Assembly (NCBI GenBank): GCA_964016885.1 | Contig: OZ024742.1 | Span: 126,480,001-126,544,000 of the forward strand | From: Eledone cirrhosa | Taxonomy: Eukaryota | Reading direction: 5' to 3' | Length of the DNA stretch: 64,000 nucleotides | Shown here: positions 51,253 to 63,431 of the stretch, one piece after another | How positions within the stretch are numbered: position 1 is the first letter of the stretch | Layout of the letters: every line of letters begins with the position of its first letter | Notes under the pieces: model-generated | What the model was told of the DNA's origin: nothing | Databases searched by the model: none | Seen by the model: only the letters and a program-made list of their open reading frames with translations | Program-made: the position numbers and the translations under genes

Positions 51253-52457
51253 AAAAAAGATAATAATAATTAAAAAAAAAAAAAAAAAAAAAAAAATGGC
51301 ACGAAACTCGAGTAGCGAAAAAGAAAGTTTAAATTATATATACGCATATACATGCATGTGTATGAGTTTATAAAATATGTGATGTATGTACGAGTTAGTT
51401 TAATCTCTCATACGCATCTGCAGTATACACTTACATTTTTCATCCGTGGGTGTGTAAGCACGCGTTAATTTTGTAATCTCATTAAAATTTCTCTCCTTTT
51501 GTACCCCCCTCACTCTCACATGATTAAAAAATTCAACATTTTCGTCTATTTGCAGTTGTCACGGGACAACAAATTTAGAAGTCAAAGAATTTTAACTGTT
51601 TTCTAAGACACTTTTTAAAAACACTGCCTTAACTATGTTATGTCTGTTAAGGACAATGATATTTTGCAGAGAATAGGTATGGGAAAATTACTAACTTTAA
51701 ACATAGTTAGCAATCGGTGTGGAGTTCAGACTATTTGAAGACATAGAACAGCGTTCTCTCGGGAAAGTTTCAATGAACAATGAGTTCTGAATGAGTTCAC
51801 TAACTGATTGTATTGATGGACATCCCGCCCACTCCCTTCACTTTTGTGAAGCACACATGGGAAATGCTGAACATCTTAGACTGCATAAAAAAAATGGCGA
51901 CCCGATTTCCTCGCATGAAGTCACTCATTAACACAGTAACCTCTAACCCATATATATTGTGTATCATCTTATTCTATCTATTGCTGATCCAGTGTTCAAT
52001 GCTCTTCTCATATAACTAGTTGCATAGACCTTCCTATCGACCATCCAAATGACCCAGCACACTCAATCAACATGTCTCCCCATCCATAGGTCTTGCACTA
52101 ATCCCCTCATCACAAATCTTCACCTTTCAGTTAACACTCAAATTCTATTCCCACCCAGGTTTCTCTTACAGTCGTCCTCTGAGAGATGTCCACACTGTTA
52201 TACACCCAACATATCGCTCTCTCCCATTTAGGAAGGTCTGACTAAGCCATAGAACCTTGTCATGTCAATATAACACACAGGATGCTCCAAATGATGGACA
52301 GTAAAATAAAATAAGAAACTACAAGTTAAACCCCTTAATAAAACATATGTTGCAGAACATTAACATAAGAAAAATCATACAATGTTGCACACCCCTTAGG
52401 AACACAGAGGTGCACTAGGTGATGTAGAGGCTTACATGAATCTACCGAATAAATAAT

Positions 52458-52645
52458 AATGGTTTCGGATTTAGACACAAGGCCAACACTTTCGGAGGGT
52501 GGGGAGTCGATTAAATAGACCCCAGTGCATTACTGGTATTTTATTTTATCGACCCCGTAAGAATGAAAGGGAAAGCTAACCTCGGCGGGATTTGAACTCA
52601 GAACGTAAATAGCTGTAACTGTGCCACAAAGCATGCTCTACCGAT
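52458..52645 (-). mobile_element. SINE family 1 (long subfamily)
   Basis: Consensus motifs, flanked by a TCTACCGA(A)TAAATAATA duplication. Confidence 0.85.
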
Positions 52646-52659
52646 AAATAATAGTATAA

Positions 52660-53130
52660 TGGTTTCTTTATTAACCACTCAGGGCTGACATTAAACTAAT
52701 AATGAAGAGGCAGAGGGCGATACAGAGTGTTATTTTGTGTGTGTAAAACAGGTTATAACAAAAACTAAAAAAAATAGATATTTAAAAAATCAAATAAAAC
52801 AAATTTCCAAAAGCGGGGGAGACCTCCGCGGGTCACTTGTGAAGAAAGCTCACAAAAATCTACGGTCACCGTAACCACTTGGGAATGTGCTTCTCCAATC
52901 TACAGGCGTATACTCAGAGTAGGCCCATTCACTCGGATCATGCCCACCACTCCAATCCACCTTTCAACAAACTGGCTGAAAAGCAACACTTCACTCTCTA
53001 CCCTGATTTTCCTCGTCAAGTGAAGCCTGCAAAAGCAGGGCTTCGCAGAAGAGAAAATTACTTGTCTTCGACCAACTTAAACACGTCCATTGGCTATCTC
53101 TTTCGCCATGGTTACCAGGCAGATATGCTA
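52660..53130 (-). pseudogene. L1/Tx1-like LINE 3' end
   Basis: The minus strand gives ICLVTMAKE.. and LHLTRKIRVESEVLLFSQFVERWIGVVGMIRVNGPTLSIRL* (stop at 52900-52902), followed by a 3'UTR ending GGTTAATAAAGAAACC. Confidence 0.6.
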
Positions 53131-53168
53131 TAATAATAATCGAGTATTTATTATTTCTAATAATGAAA

Positions 53169-53335
53169 GGGCGGTGGATTGGCAGAATCGTTAGAGTGTC
53201 AGACACCTTTCTTTGCAGCATAGAGTTACGTCCCTTTACGTTCTGAGTTTAAATCCTTCCGAGGTGAATAAAATAAAGTACTGGAAACGACCCCCCCCCC
53301 AAATTGGTGGCCTTGTGCCTTATTCAGAAACCATT
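53169..53335 (+). mobile_element. SINE family 1 with an internal deletion
   Basis: GGGCGGTGGATTGGCAGAATCG head and GGCCTTGTGCC tail; the middle of the body is missing. Confidence 0.8.
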
Positions 53336-54134
53336 ATCTCTAATAAAGAAACAGAAACGCAAAACGAATCATTAGCAAGTCCCATGGTTTGAAAACTCTT
53401 TAGGGGAAGGCGGAAATAATGTGAGGCAAAGAGATTGGCCTGAGACGTAGATTAAAGCAACATCACGTGATGCATGACCGTGTTTGTCATTTATCAATTA
53501 GACAATTAGGAAAAGAAAACAGGGAAGTAAATAGCTAGTTAATTGCATAAATTATATAATTACTATATTCGTATGTCTGCCTGTCCCACTTTCACCTACC
53601 CCTCATATATGTGAGTGTGTGTTGAACAATGAAAACAAAAAAGCGAAGATTGGTGTTTAATAAGTTCATTGTTTCACGACCCTTTTAGGCGGTTGATTGA
53701 TCATGCAACAAAACTGATTATGCAACACCATTATTAGTCTCGATACTTCAGATTCATCTCACCGTCTACCTCACAAACAATGAACTATAATCTTCATTTG
53801 TAATGTATATAAAGAGATTGAAACATAACTGGGTACGTGGACAGAGAAAGAATAAAAGGAAAAATATTAGGATTCACAATCAAAGATGAAGAAATACAAG
53901 TAGAAAAATAGTGTTTCTTTCCGATGTCATTCGGATGAACTACTTTAATTCAAAAAGCCAGCCTTGCAGCCTTGTCACATACAAAATAGCCATAGAGAGT
54001 GTTGCCTATAGATGAGTATGTTACGTTAACACTTTCAATACTTGATAGTGTAGCCGGAGAAGGACAGGATGGGTCGGCGATCGGGGCAGTTCGCACCTAT
54101 CGACATTTTTATTGGGCGGCATTTTTGGATCCGT

Positions 54135-54385
54135 TGTATATACTCAGTGATAATTGTGTTGGACTGTCGTCGGTTCGATTCCTGTACTAGGTTGTGTATT
54201 GTGTTCTTAAGCAAAACACTTAATTTCTCGTTGCTCCTCAGAAGAAAATGAGTACCAGCAATAGCTAGGGGTTTAACCCTGCGATGGACTGGGGCCTTGT
54301 CCAGGGGAAAGTTATGTACTTTTAGTCGTTTAACCAGGGTAAGTACCAACCTGATTAGTTTCCGAGACAGACTTGAGACTTTTAG
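54135..54385 (+). mobile_element. SINE family 2, diverged
   Basis: GGTTCGATTCC, TGTTCTTAAGCAAAACACTT, AAATGAGTACCAG and AACCCTGCGATGGACTGG..GTCCAGGGG. Confidence 0.75.
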
Positions 54386-54879
54386 AAGGGGATGGTGCAA
54401 ACCCAAGGGCTGCCCTGGCTTTGCACCATCTGCCAATACGGATTTTTCTTTACGATAATAGTTTGTTTTAATTGAAAATGGTTCGTTTTGATCAAATTAA
54501 ACCAGCAATATGTGCTTTTATGTGCACTAAAAAATATGCACATGGGATATTTTTGTCCCACAGTATTATAAATCGAGACAACTTTATCGCAGTAGTATTC
54601 CTATTGCTAAATATGACTTGTAATAACAAAAAGAAACATAACTAGTTAATGTTAAATTATGAAAAATATTGGAAAGAAAATTTACTAGAATGCATATTTT
54701 ATTTTATTTCGGAATCTATATGTCTCTACAGTGTTGAATGGGTTAAGGGAAGAAATATTTGAAAATATCAGCTACTTTCACTATATTACATGTATGTTGG
54801 CAGATAGGTAGGCTTGATTGAACAACTGAAATATTTAACGGGAGAGAGAGAGAGAGGGGGGGGGCAGAGAGAAAGAAAG

Positions 54880-55350
54880 AGTGGAGAGAGAGGGAACAGA
54901 GAGTGGAGAGAGAGGGGGAACAGAGTGGAGAGAGAGGGGGGAACAGAGTGGAGAGAGAGGGGGAACAGAGTGGAGAGAGAGGGGGGAACAGAGTGGAGAG
55001 AGAGGGGGAACAGAGTGGAGAGAGAGGGGGAACAGAGTGGAGAGAGAGGGGGAACAGAGTGGAGAGAGAGGGGGAACAGAGTGGAGAGAGAGGGGGAACA
55101 GAGTGGAGAGAGAGGGGGAACAGAGTGGAGAGAGAGGGGGAACAGAGTGGAGAGAGAGGGAGAACAGAGTGGAGAGAGAGGGAGAACAGAGTGGAGAGAG
55201 AGGGGGAACAGAGTGGAGGGAGAGGGGGAACAGAGAGTGGAGGGAGAGGGAACAGGGAGAGGGGGAATAGAGAGTGGAGGGAGAGGGGGAACAGAGAGTG
55301 GAGGGAGAGGGGGAACAGAGAGTGGAGGGAGAGGGGGGAACAGAGAGTGG
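54880..55350 (+). repeat. 23-bp purine-rich minisatellite (GAACAGAGTGGAGAGAGAGGGGG)n
   Basis: About 20 units, visible directly. Confidence 0.95.
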
Positions 55351-55718
55351 ACTGAGTAGGAACAGAAAGTGGGAACAGAGAGGCCAATAAAGGGGGGGGG
55401 GGCAAGGGGGGGTCAAAGAGAGAGAGGCAAAGAGAGAGATCAGGGCTGGGGTTGGAACAGGATTGCCAGATCCATTTTATAAAAGCAGCAGAAACCCAAC
55501 ATTTAAAAGAATTAATGATTTGTATTAGAAAGTATCCAGAAATAGAAAGTGTGTTATTATAGTTTCATGGCCATGCTGGGGCACCACCCTGAAGATATTT
55601 AACCTATCATGTCGACCATAGGCATCTATTTTAAGTGGTACATAGTTTATCGATCTCATTTGGTCAAACTACTAGATTACGGAGCATACATAGTAAACGT
55701 AAACAAACAAACAAACAA

Positions 55719-55767
<49 letters not shown>

Positions 55768-55873
55768 TATATACACACACAACTGAAAGAAACAAATAAA
55801 CCTGTAACATTCAATGTTTATGTGTGTGTGTATTTGCCTACAGACTGGTTTTAACTTGCTCAGTTGGTCATTT

Positions 55874-55988
55874 AATTGTTTCGACTTTTTGGCACAAGGC
55901 CAGCAATTATCCAGTGTATTACTGGTACTTTATTTTATCGACCCCGTAAGGATGAAAGGCAAAGTTAACCTCGGCGAGATTCGAACTC
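55874..55988 (-). mobile_element. SINE family 1, truncated at the B box, with TSD
   Basis: TGGTCATTTAAT is duplicated at 55865-55876 and 55989-56000. Confidence 0.9.
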
Positions 55989-56204
55989 TGGTCATTTAAT
56001 GTTATTCCATAAGATACTTTACTCTTAAGAATTAAAGTTGTTAGTCCGCTCAAATTTAAAAGAATAAAATGTAGGACCATGCAGACCCCCAAAAGATGTA
56101 CAACCCGCTTCTTGTAGCCCCAATATGGTAATAGCAAACCTGTTTTGGTTTTTGAATTTAACTTCATTTCCTTGATTTCATGTGACAGAAACCAATATGT
56201 AAAT

Positions 56205-56390
56205 AATTGTTTCTACTTTAGGCACAAGGCCAGCAATTACCCCAGTGCATTACTGGTACTTTATTTTATCGACCCCCGTAAGGATGAAAGGCAAAGTTAA
56301 CCTCGGCGGGATTTGAACTCAGATCATACAGGGAGGTAACTATGTTTCAAAGCATGGCGCCCGACCCTCTACCGATACTGCCATTCCACC
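56205..56390 (-). mobile_element. SINE family 1, full length, with a 17-bp TSD
   Basis: ACCAATATGTAAATAAT at 56191-56207 and 56388-56404. Confidence 0.95.
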
Positions 56391-56498
56391 AATATGTAAA
56401 TAATGTCATCACATATCCCGAATTCTGAGTGTGTACTTATGGAAGATATCAGAGTGGATAGTTTAACATATATCAGTTCATGTTCATATCTATAGGGC

Positions 56499-56638
56499 GC
56501 AAAATTGAGTAATTAGACCGTCGGATGCAAAATTGAGTAATTAGACCGTCGGATGCAAAATTGAGTAATTAGACCGTCGGATGCAAAATTGAGTAATTAG
56601 ACCGTCGGATGCAAAATTAAGTAATTAGACCGTCGGAT
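56499..56638 (+). repeat. 5 x 28-bp tandem repeat derived from a SINE head
   Basis: (GCAAAATTGAGTAATTAGACCGTCGGAT)5, running directly into a diverged SINE body (56639-56740). Confidence 0.9.
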
Positions 56639-56978
56639 TAAAAGCTTTGCAGTATTCGTTCTGAGTTTAAATCAGCTCGATGTTAACTTTATCTTCCACC
56701 CTTTCAAGGTCGATTAAACAAAGTACCAGTCCAATACTGGTGTAGAACCTTCCTCTATATCCCTTCCTCCCACTCACTCTTTTTTCCCCAGGTTTCCACG
56801 AAGTTCAAAATGCCCATAAAACGCCGAATGTCACTACGAAGCCCCTACGAAGCCCCTACGATTCCACTAAAACTTACGGGTCCATACATGCAGGACCAGA
56901 TTTAGACCTTCGAGGATCCCGGGCAGTTTAGGTTTGGTGGGCCCCTCATAACACACACACATATACAGAGAGAGAGGC

Positions 56979-57037
<59 letters not shown>

Positions 57038-58136
57038 AAAAGGGTCCCTCTTCGGAGAGGGGTGTAGCCCTGATGAAGGGATGACAACAGTGCATTCACC
57101 CCTACTGCCACAGATACACCCAGCCCTACATAGATACCATCATATCGATGTCCTCCATTTATTTATAGACACAAAAAAGAAAATCTAACACACGAGGAAT
57201 GAATTAATTTCGTGAGTTTACAATTAATTTTATACTTACAGTAAACATAATGAATGCCTAAGTAATTGACATTCATGTGACTGACTTGGTTGATCAGGAT
57301 AGAGGAAATCAGCTAAGTAGAGTGATGGAATAGGATTGTGAAGGAGGGTAAAGTGATATTGGGTTTACAACCGTAATGTTGTGGGTTCTATTCCAGGAAG
57401 GGTAGCGCGATATGTTCTTTAACCCCCCCCCCCCCATAAACATTAAAAATATCCAAAACAAACTAAACATGTTAGGTCGTGTACTGTCGCGTCATGCGTT
57501 TGTGTCAAACTAAATTTTTGAGAGAGAGAGAGAAATAGAAAGAGAGAGAAAGAGCGAGAGAGATAGAGAAAGAGAGAGAGAAAGAGAAGGGAAAGAGAGA
57601 GAAAGAAAAGGGAAAGAGAGAGAAAGAGAAGGGAAAGAGAGAGAAAGAGAAGGGAAAGAGAGTGATATAACATGTTTAAAGATAATGATTTTTGAAGGAG
57701 AGAAAACGAGGGATTGTTATCATTGTTTTCCCGTCATGGACGCTTGTGTAAGTTTTCCAGCAGGGTATTCCCCTTAAGAACCTCACCCATCTACACTTTA
57801 ACCCGGAGGAGGTGAAAACAAACTTTGGTTGATATTCATTTCTTTGTACAAGCGGCTTCTATTGACTCATTGAAAAGAGGATGAAGATTTACATGCTAAA
57901 ATTTCATATCTTCTCTCACAACATTGCTATTAGCCAATATAAAGCGCTATGTATGTATGTATGTATGTATGTATGTATGTATGTATGTATGTATGTATGT
58001 ATGTATGGGCCCATATTTCCCTATGGAGTCAAATTTAAACACGCCATTCATACAACGATAAGGATAGAATGGACAATACACTTGTGAATTAACAAAAAAA
58101 AATCAGTTCGAGAATTCATTCTGAAAAGTAATGGCC

Positions 58137-58192
<56 letters not shown>

Positions 58193-58448
58193 CGTATTTA
58201 AGACAGAATTCGTAATATAATCGGCTTGTCTCCTCACAGCCTCTCGGCGGACAGAATGGAGAAGGTGTTTCCCCGGGGGACGGCAAGGGAGACGCGCTGG
58301 AAAAGCCACTCCAACTCGCGGGGCTCACACCTGCGGCTGGCCAGTTCAGCGCCTATGGTGTAGTCACATATGGGGTTTCTTCGACAATTTAACCTGACGG
58401 AGCCCATCCTCTCACCATGACGGAACAGACAATTTATTCTAGAGAGAA

Positions 58449-58487
<39 letters not shown>

Positions 58488-58524
58488 AAGAGAGAAAAAG
58501 AGAGAGAGAAAAAGAGAGAAAAAG

Positions 58525-58555
<31 letters not shown>

Positions 58556-58634
58556 GAAAGAGAGAAAGAGAGAGAGAAAGAGAGAAAGAGAGAGAGAGAG
58601 AGAAAGAGAGAGCGCAAGAGAGAGCAAGAGAGAG

Positions 58635-58795
58635 GGGGGGGGAATCGACTCAAGTACTGGATTGGTATTAGTTTATCGAACTGGTAAAGATGAAAGGAAA
58701 AGTGAATTTCGATGGGATTTGAACTCAAGGCGCAGTGATCCGGAACGAATACCACATGCTATCCGACATTCTAATGACTGTCAATTCACTGCCTT
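58635..58795 (-). mobile_element. SINE family 1, old copy
   Basis: GATGAAAGGAAAAGTG..GGGATTTGAACTC..TCCGAC..CAATTCACTGCC. Confidence 0.7.
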
Positions 58796-58913
58796 CCAGT
58801 ATATCTAGCCGTTGATAAAGGCCCGAGTTAAATACATCGTACCACTGTGAGGGTCTACAGTTTGAAAGTTTTAATCTCCACCCACAGCATTGCTTTGGGT
58901 CAGTCGAACTAAT

Positions 58914-59202
58914 CATTCTAAAGTCTCGAACCAGGAGGCTCACCAGGCGGGTGCTTATCCTGGTTTCCGTGGGATGAAATGACAGAATACAAGACTCTCC
59001 CGTCTGGACTGACACCCGTCCATCGCAGTGTTAAACCACCAACTATTGCCGGTGCTCATTTTCAGCTGAGTATACAGGAGTATAACTTGAAATGAAACGT
59101 TTTGCAAAAAAAACAAAAAAACAACAAACAAGCCAGTCCATAAATCGACCCACCGACATTATGATCGTAGGTCCAACACCCTTACCATTAGGCCACGCAT
59201 TT
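58914..59202 (-). mobile_element. SINE family 2 with a 32-bp flanking duplication
   Basis: Family 2 motifs; CCACAGCATTGCTTTGGG(T/C)CAGT..AACTAAT at 58882-58913 and 59203-59234. Confidence 0.85.
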
Positions 59203-59813
59203 CCACAGCATTGCTTTGGGCCAGTGTAACTAATGGAAGTACAGCTTAACATTGAGAAAATACGAACTGTGTACAAGCGACGTATATCTCGTTGACTTAA
59301 ATCTACCGAGCTAATATTTCCAATGTGGCTTTGTGTACAACGACGTGGGCAAGTACTCGTCCATTCATTGCATTTTGTAGATTTGTAAGGGAGACGAAGT
59401 AAGTTGTTACATTCAAACTTTCCGATGTCCCCCACCATGAAGTGAAGGGGATTTCTAGGCCGTCTCCCAACTACAAGCTACCATTTATCTATATTTCATT
59501 CTAATTTTTTGTTTTTTCGACACCCATTATGTTTCATTTTCTTGTGTTTATTTATATTAGTGAAAGATGATATCTTTACTTGGGAATTGTTTCGCAAGGC
59601 ATCTGGAGTCAATTAGTCAACCCCTTCCCTAGAAACAACAACAAAAATAGAAATATAATACTTAAGGATGTTGTCTAGGGATATTCACGAGAAAGAACTC
59701 GGAATAAAACGCGGTCTTGAGTAACTCTTGTATAAGGTATAGCATATCATATCACACACACATATATATGTGTGATGTATATGTATATGTGTATATATAT
59801 AATGTTATGGGCA

Positions 59814-59893
59814 AAACACTCGCTTGAAGGAGGTTTCTTCTCTGAAGATCTGCTGTCCAGCTCTTCAGAGAAGAAACCTACGCCAAGCGAGTG

Positions 59894-59896
<3 letters not shown>
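59814..59896. repeat. 83-bp imperfect hairpin in a TA tract containing CTGAAGA and GAAAC
   Basis: AAACACTCGCTTG/CAAGCGAGTGTTT and AGGTTTCTTCTCTGAAGA/TCTTCAGAGAAGAAACCT. Confidence 0.85.
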
Positions 59897-59949
<53 letters not shown>

Positions 59950-59951
<2 letters not shown>

Positions 59952-60137
59952 CGAAGGAAATGTGGTAAGGAACCAGGTGGACCATAACGCACCAAAGTAC
60001 TCAATACTTAGGGTAGTAGAGTGGGTAGTAGGAACCAGTAAGACCCCGACGGCTGAGCTCAAGCCGTTTCGACGGCTAATTCTACCAGAATTAGCCGTCG
60101 AAACGGCTTGAGCTCAGCCGTCGGGGTCTTACTGGTT

Positions 60138-60141
<4 letters not shown>
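59950..60141. mobile_element. TA-inserted fold-back element: 55-bp perfect arms, 3-nt loop and 79-bp one-sided tail
   Basis: 60029-60083 / ACC / 60087-60141 are exact reverse complements, with (TA)n on both sides. A second partial copy lies at 22776. Confidence 0.85.
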
Positions 60142-60183
<42 letters not shown>

Positions 60184-61499
60184 CGTTTGGGCTATGACGT
60201 GAGCTGTTATATAGAGATCATTTGTAATACATCTGTGCATGGAAGTGGGAGAGGAGATTGTGAAACCTATCGTACCAAAAACGTAAATTTACAAGAGTTA
60301 AGAATTTCTGATAGAGGTCTCCCCATTAGCTCAAAACAATTATTTTACCCGAGGCGAGACCTACTTGAGCAGCCCTATTAGTAAAAACTCTTCTAGCAAC
60401 CGCCTTTAATCTGTTTGCATATCAGGCATCACATTCATTAATGTATGTTACATTTGTTAAATGTAGCGCTTGATTTGGCTGAATTTTGGCTATGATTTCT
60501 AACAGGTCGATTAACTATATAGAGGTACTTAATAGGTTAGGGTCGAGTTACCTTCATCCCTGATGAAATATTTTGATAAAGGGTATTCCAGCAATGACCA
60601 TTCAGTTTCTTTTTTTAGGCACAGAGCCTAGTGCTTCATCGAGATCCACATTATCTCATGCTTGGGTAATTTGAGAGGACTGTGGCTGCTAATTGTAACA
60701 TAACGAGAGACCTCTTAGAGGCCATTCATTGGCTCATGTCTACAGAAATGAACCATAGAAAGTATATGCATGCGCGTGCGTGTACAACTGCGTGAGAATA
60801 TGTCAGCGAGTTATATGAAATCAATCCACTGCGGTGATGGATGGTGGATTTGTAATTGGGGTCACTTAGAAATGTTGCAGGCATATGTATTTCTTCAAAA
60901 TATAAATAGGGTTCGCCCCCTTTCTCTATCTCTCGCTCACACACAGACACACAGACACTCTCTCTCTCTCCCTGATGGTACTATTGTATATCATTTAATA
61001 ATCGCCGCTAGTTACTGATTTAGTCAAAGGAGCAAAAGTAGCAACCCGACACATTTTGAGGGTTGCGAGTTTAGTGAGAGGATGGGAGTCATACTTCCGA
61101 TAATTTTAATAGGTTACCGAATGCCCTACTAGTGGTGCGAAGACGAGCAACAGTTTATGTCTAACATCCCAAAGCAGAAGCCGTTCATACGATGAACTTC
61201 AATTTCCATATTTCTAATTTTACTTACAAGGCTTCGGTCGATGGGAGTTAATAAAAGACTTCCCCCCACTTCCTGCCAAGGTGCCACCCACGGGATTGAA
61301 TCCGAAGCTATGTAGCTACGAAGAGAACTCTTAAACCATATCCATGCTTGCGCTCATAATTACATGTATGTGTGTGTCTGCCTATAGATGCCAATGTCTA
61401 ATGTGTGTGTGATGATCAAAGCTGGATTAACTATTAAGCAAAATAAAACATGCTTGGGGCATCAAGGGATGAAGGGCACCATTTTATACAAAAATATAC

Positions 61500-61842
61500 A
61501 TCAAATTAAGAATAGTTAAGACTGGGTTACTTCATAATTGCTTTATTACATGATACATCTTTCTCTTACATGGTTATGCATGTGACTTCATCAGATGCTC
61601 ATATAATCATAGGTGTAGTTATGCAATCATGGGATATATCACTGGTCATGTATTACCATCCAGTTGTGATAGTAGCAGACATATAGGATAAATCTGCTGG
61701 CATCACAACTGGATGGTAATACATGACTAGCGATATATCCCATGATTGCATAACTACATGCATAACCATGCAAGAGAAATATATATCATGTAATAAAGCA
61801 ATTAAGGTGAAGTAACCCAGTCTAATATATTCTTAATTTGAT
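61500..61842. repeat. About 340-bp imperfect fold-back with a tail to TA (about 61975)
   Basis: Arms 61500-61679 and 61693-61842. The left arm has an extra 33 bp (61584-61616) containing TCATCAG. Confidence 0.85.
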
Positions 61843-62366
61843 AAATGAATACTCCGTTACTGTTAATCATCAATATTTAACTGGAATAAACTACAAACGT
61901 GAAGTGCTTTTGGATCGCTCGAAACGGCTTATCTTCACAAAGTAACAACCACGTATAAGACCCTTATCGTCTGCAATATATATATATATAAGTAGTAACA
62001 CAACAGTTAGTTCACCATACCGAGAACAATTAATTGTCCCATGGAGTGAGTGCTCTACCACTACGGATATTACCCTCCAGTGTTCTACCTCTCTCTCTCT
62101 ATATATATATGGGAGGACGCCATAATTTCTTGAGCGCTTGGAGCCTGAAAAGAACTGTTTCGTGGCAATACTGAATAAGTTTATATAGTTTTCGGTACCT
62201 ATTAGAGAAATACATGTTCAAATTCGTTGCAAAGCTCTCGTTACACTTCAGGGGTGGGGCTCAGAGCGTTTTATTGCCTCAGTGCACCTTGAAGTATCAG
62301 ATCATCTAGGTACTGTTTTCTTGAGATGGATATGTCGTGTGTGAGAGAGAGAGAGAGATAGAGAGA

Positions 62367-62413
<47 letters not shown>

Positions 62414-62959
62414 CGCGCGCGCGTATGTGTAACTTTAAGATTAAATCTATTTATTCCAATAGGGAATCTTAAGTATGGGTTAATTTTCTAGTAGAGAGAG
62501 AGAGGGAGAAATGTAATCAATCACTGTTTCATATATCAAAAGCGAACCAGAACCCAAGCCCTAAAATATATCCTTGTAAGATAATATCCCTAAATGTCAC
62601 AACAGGTTTATTCGAGTTAGTTAATGTATAGGTTTGATAGGTTCATCCAGCAACAGCAACTTGTCAGCGTATTGTTAAGGTGGGTTACCCTTTCTATAGA
62701 TGATAAATATTACAGGTAAACAATAGGGTTTTCTGTTAGAGAAAGAACAAGAAGTAGAGTTGAAATGCTAGAGAGCTTCACGACTATGTATATTATTGAT
62801 CCCGAGACAGAAAAAAAGTGTGTCCTACTCCGGTGGGGATTGAACTCAAAGAGTAGGGAAACAAAGGTTTTAGTCCTGTTTCTCAACACTAGGTTTATTA
62901 TAACTTTTTACCTTTTGAGTTAGAATTTCACCGTTGTCAAATTTGTTCATTATTATTAT

Positions 62960-63431
62960 TAAATCCTGTCAAGGTGATCTTTGCTTTTCATCCATACAGA
63001 GTCGATAAAATAAAATACCAGTAAAGCACTGGGGTCGATTTAATCGACCCCCCCCCCCCCCCCGCAAAAAAAAATTAAGTACCGGTCAAAGTACTGGGGC
63101 TGATTGAACCTTTGTGATACGAACCTGCCAAGAGCCGGCTCTGGTTCTATGAAACAAAACCACCCATTTATCTCAGAATCATGTGTTAAATTACTATCTT
63201 AGCAATGAAATTATTATTTTAAATAAATCCTTAAAAATTCATAAATGAATTTAAATACAAGGGTGCTATTTAAATTAAAATCCGTCATAATTTTTATAAA
63301 AACCAGATGTTAAATTACTATCATTATATTGTCGAGGTTAATTTTGCCTTTCATCGTTACGGGGTCGATGAAATAAAGTACCAGTAATGCACTGGGTTAT
63401 CGCTGGCCTTGTGCCAAAAGTAGAAACAATT
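62960..63431 (+). mobile_element. SINE family 1 fragments (about 62960-63100 and 63331-63431)
   Basis: Body and tail motifs of the family consensus. Confidence 0.8.

Noticed and set aside
56499-56638. CRISPR-like 28-bp repeats
   Set aside because: There are no spacers or cas genes, the context is eukaryotic, and the unit derives from a SINE head.
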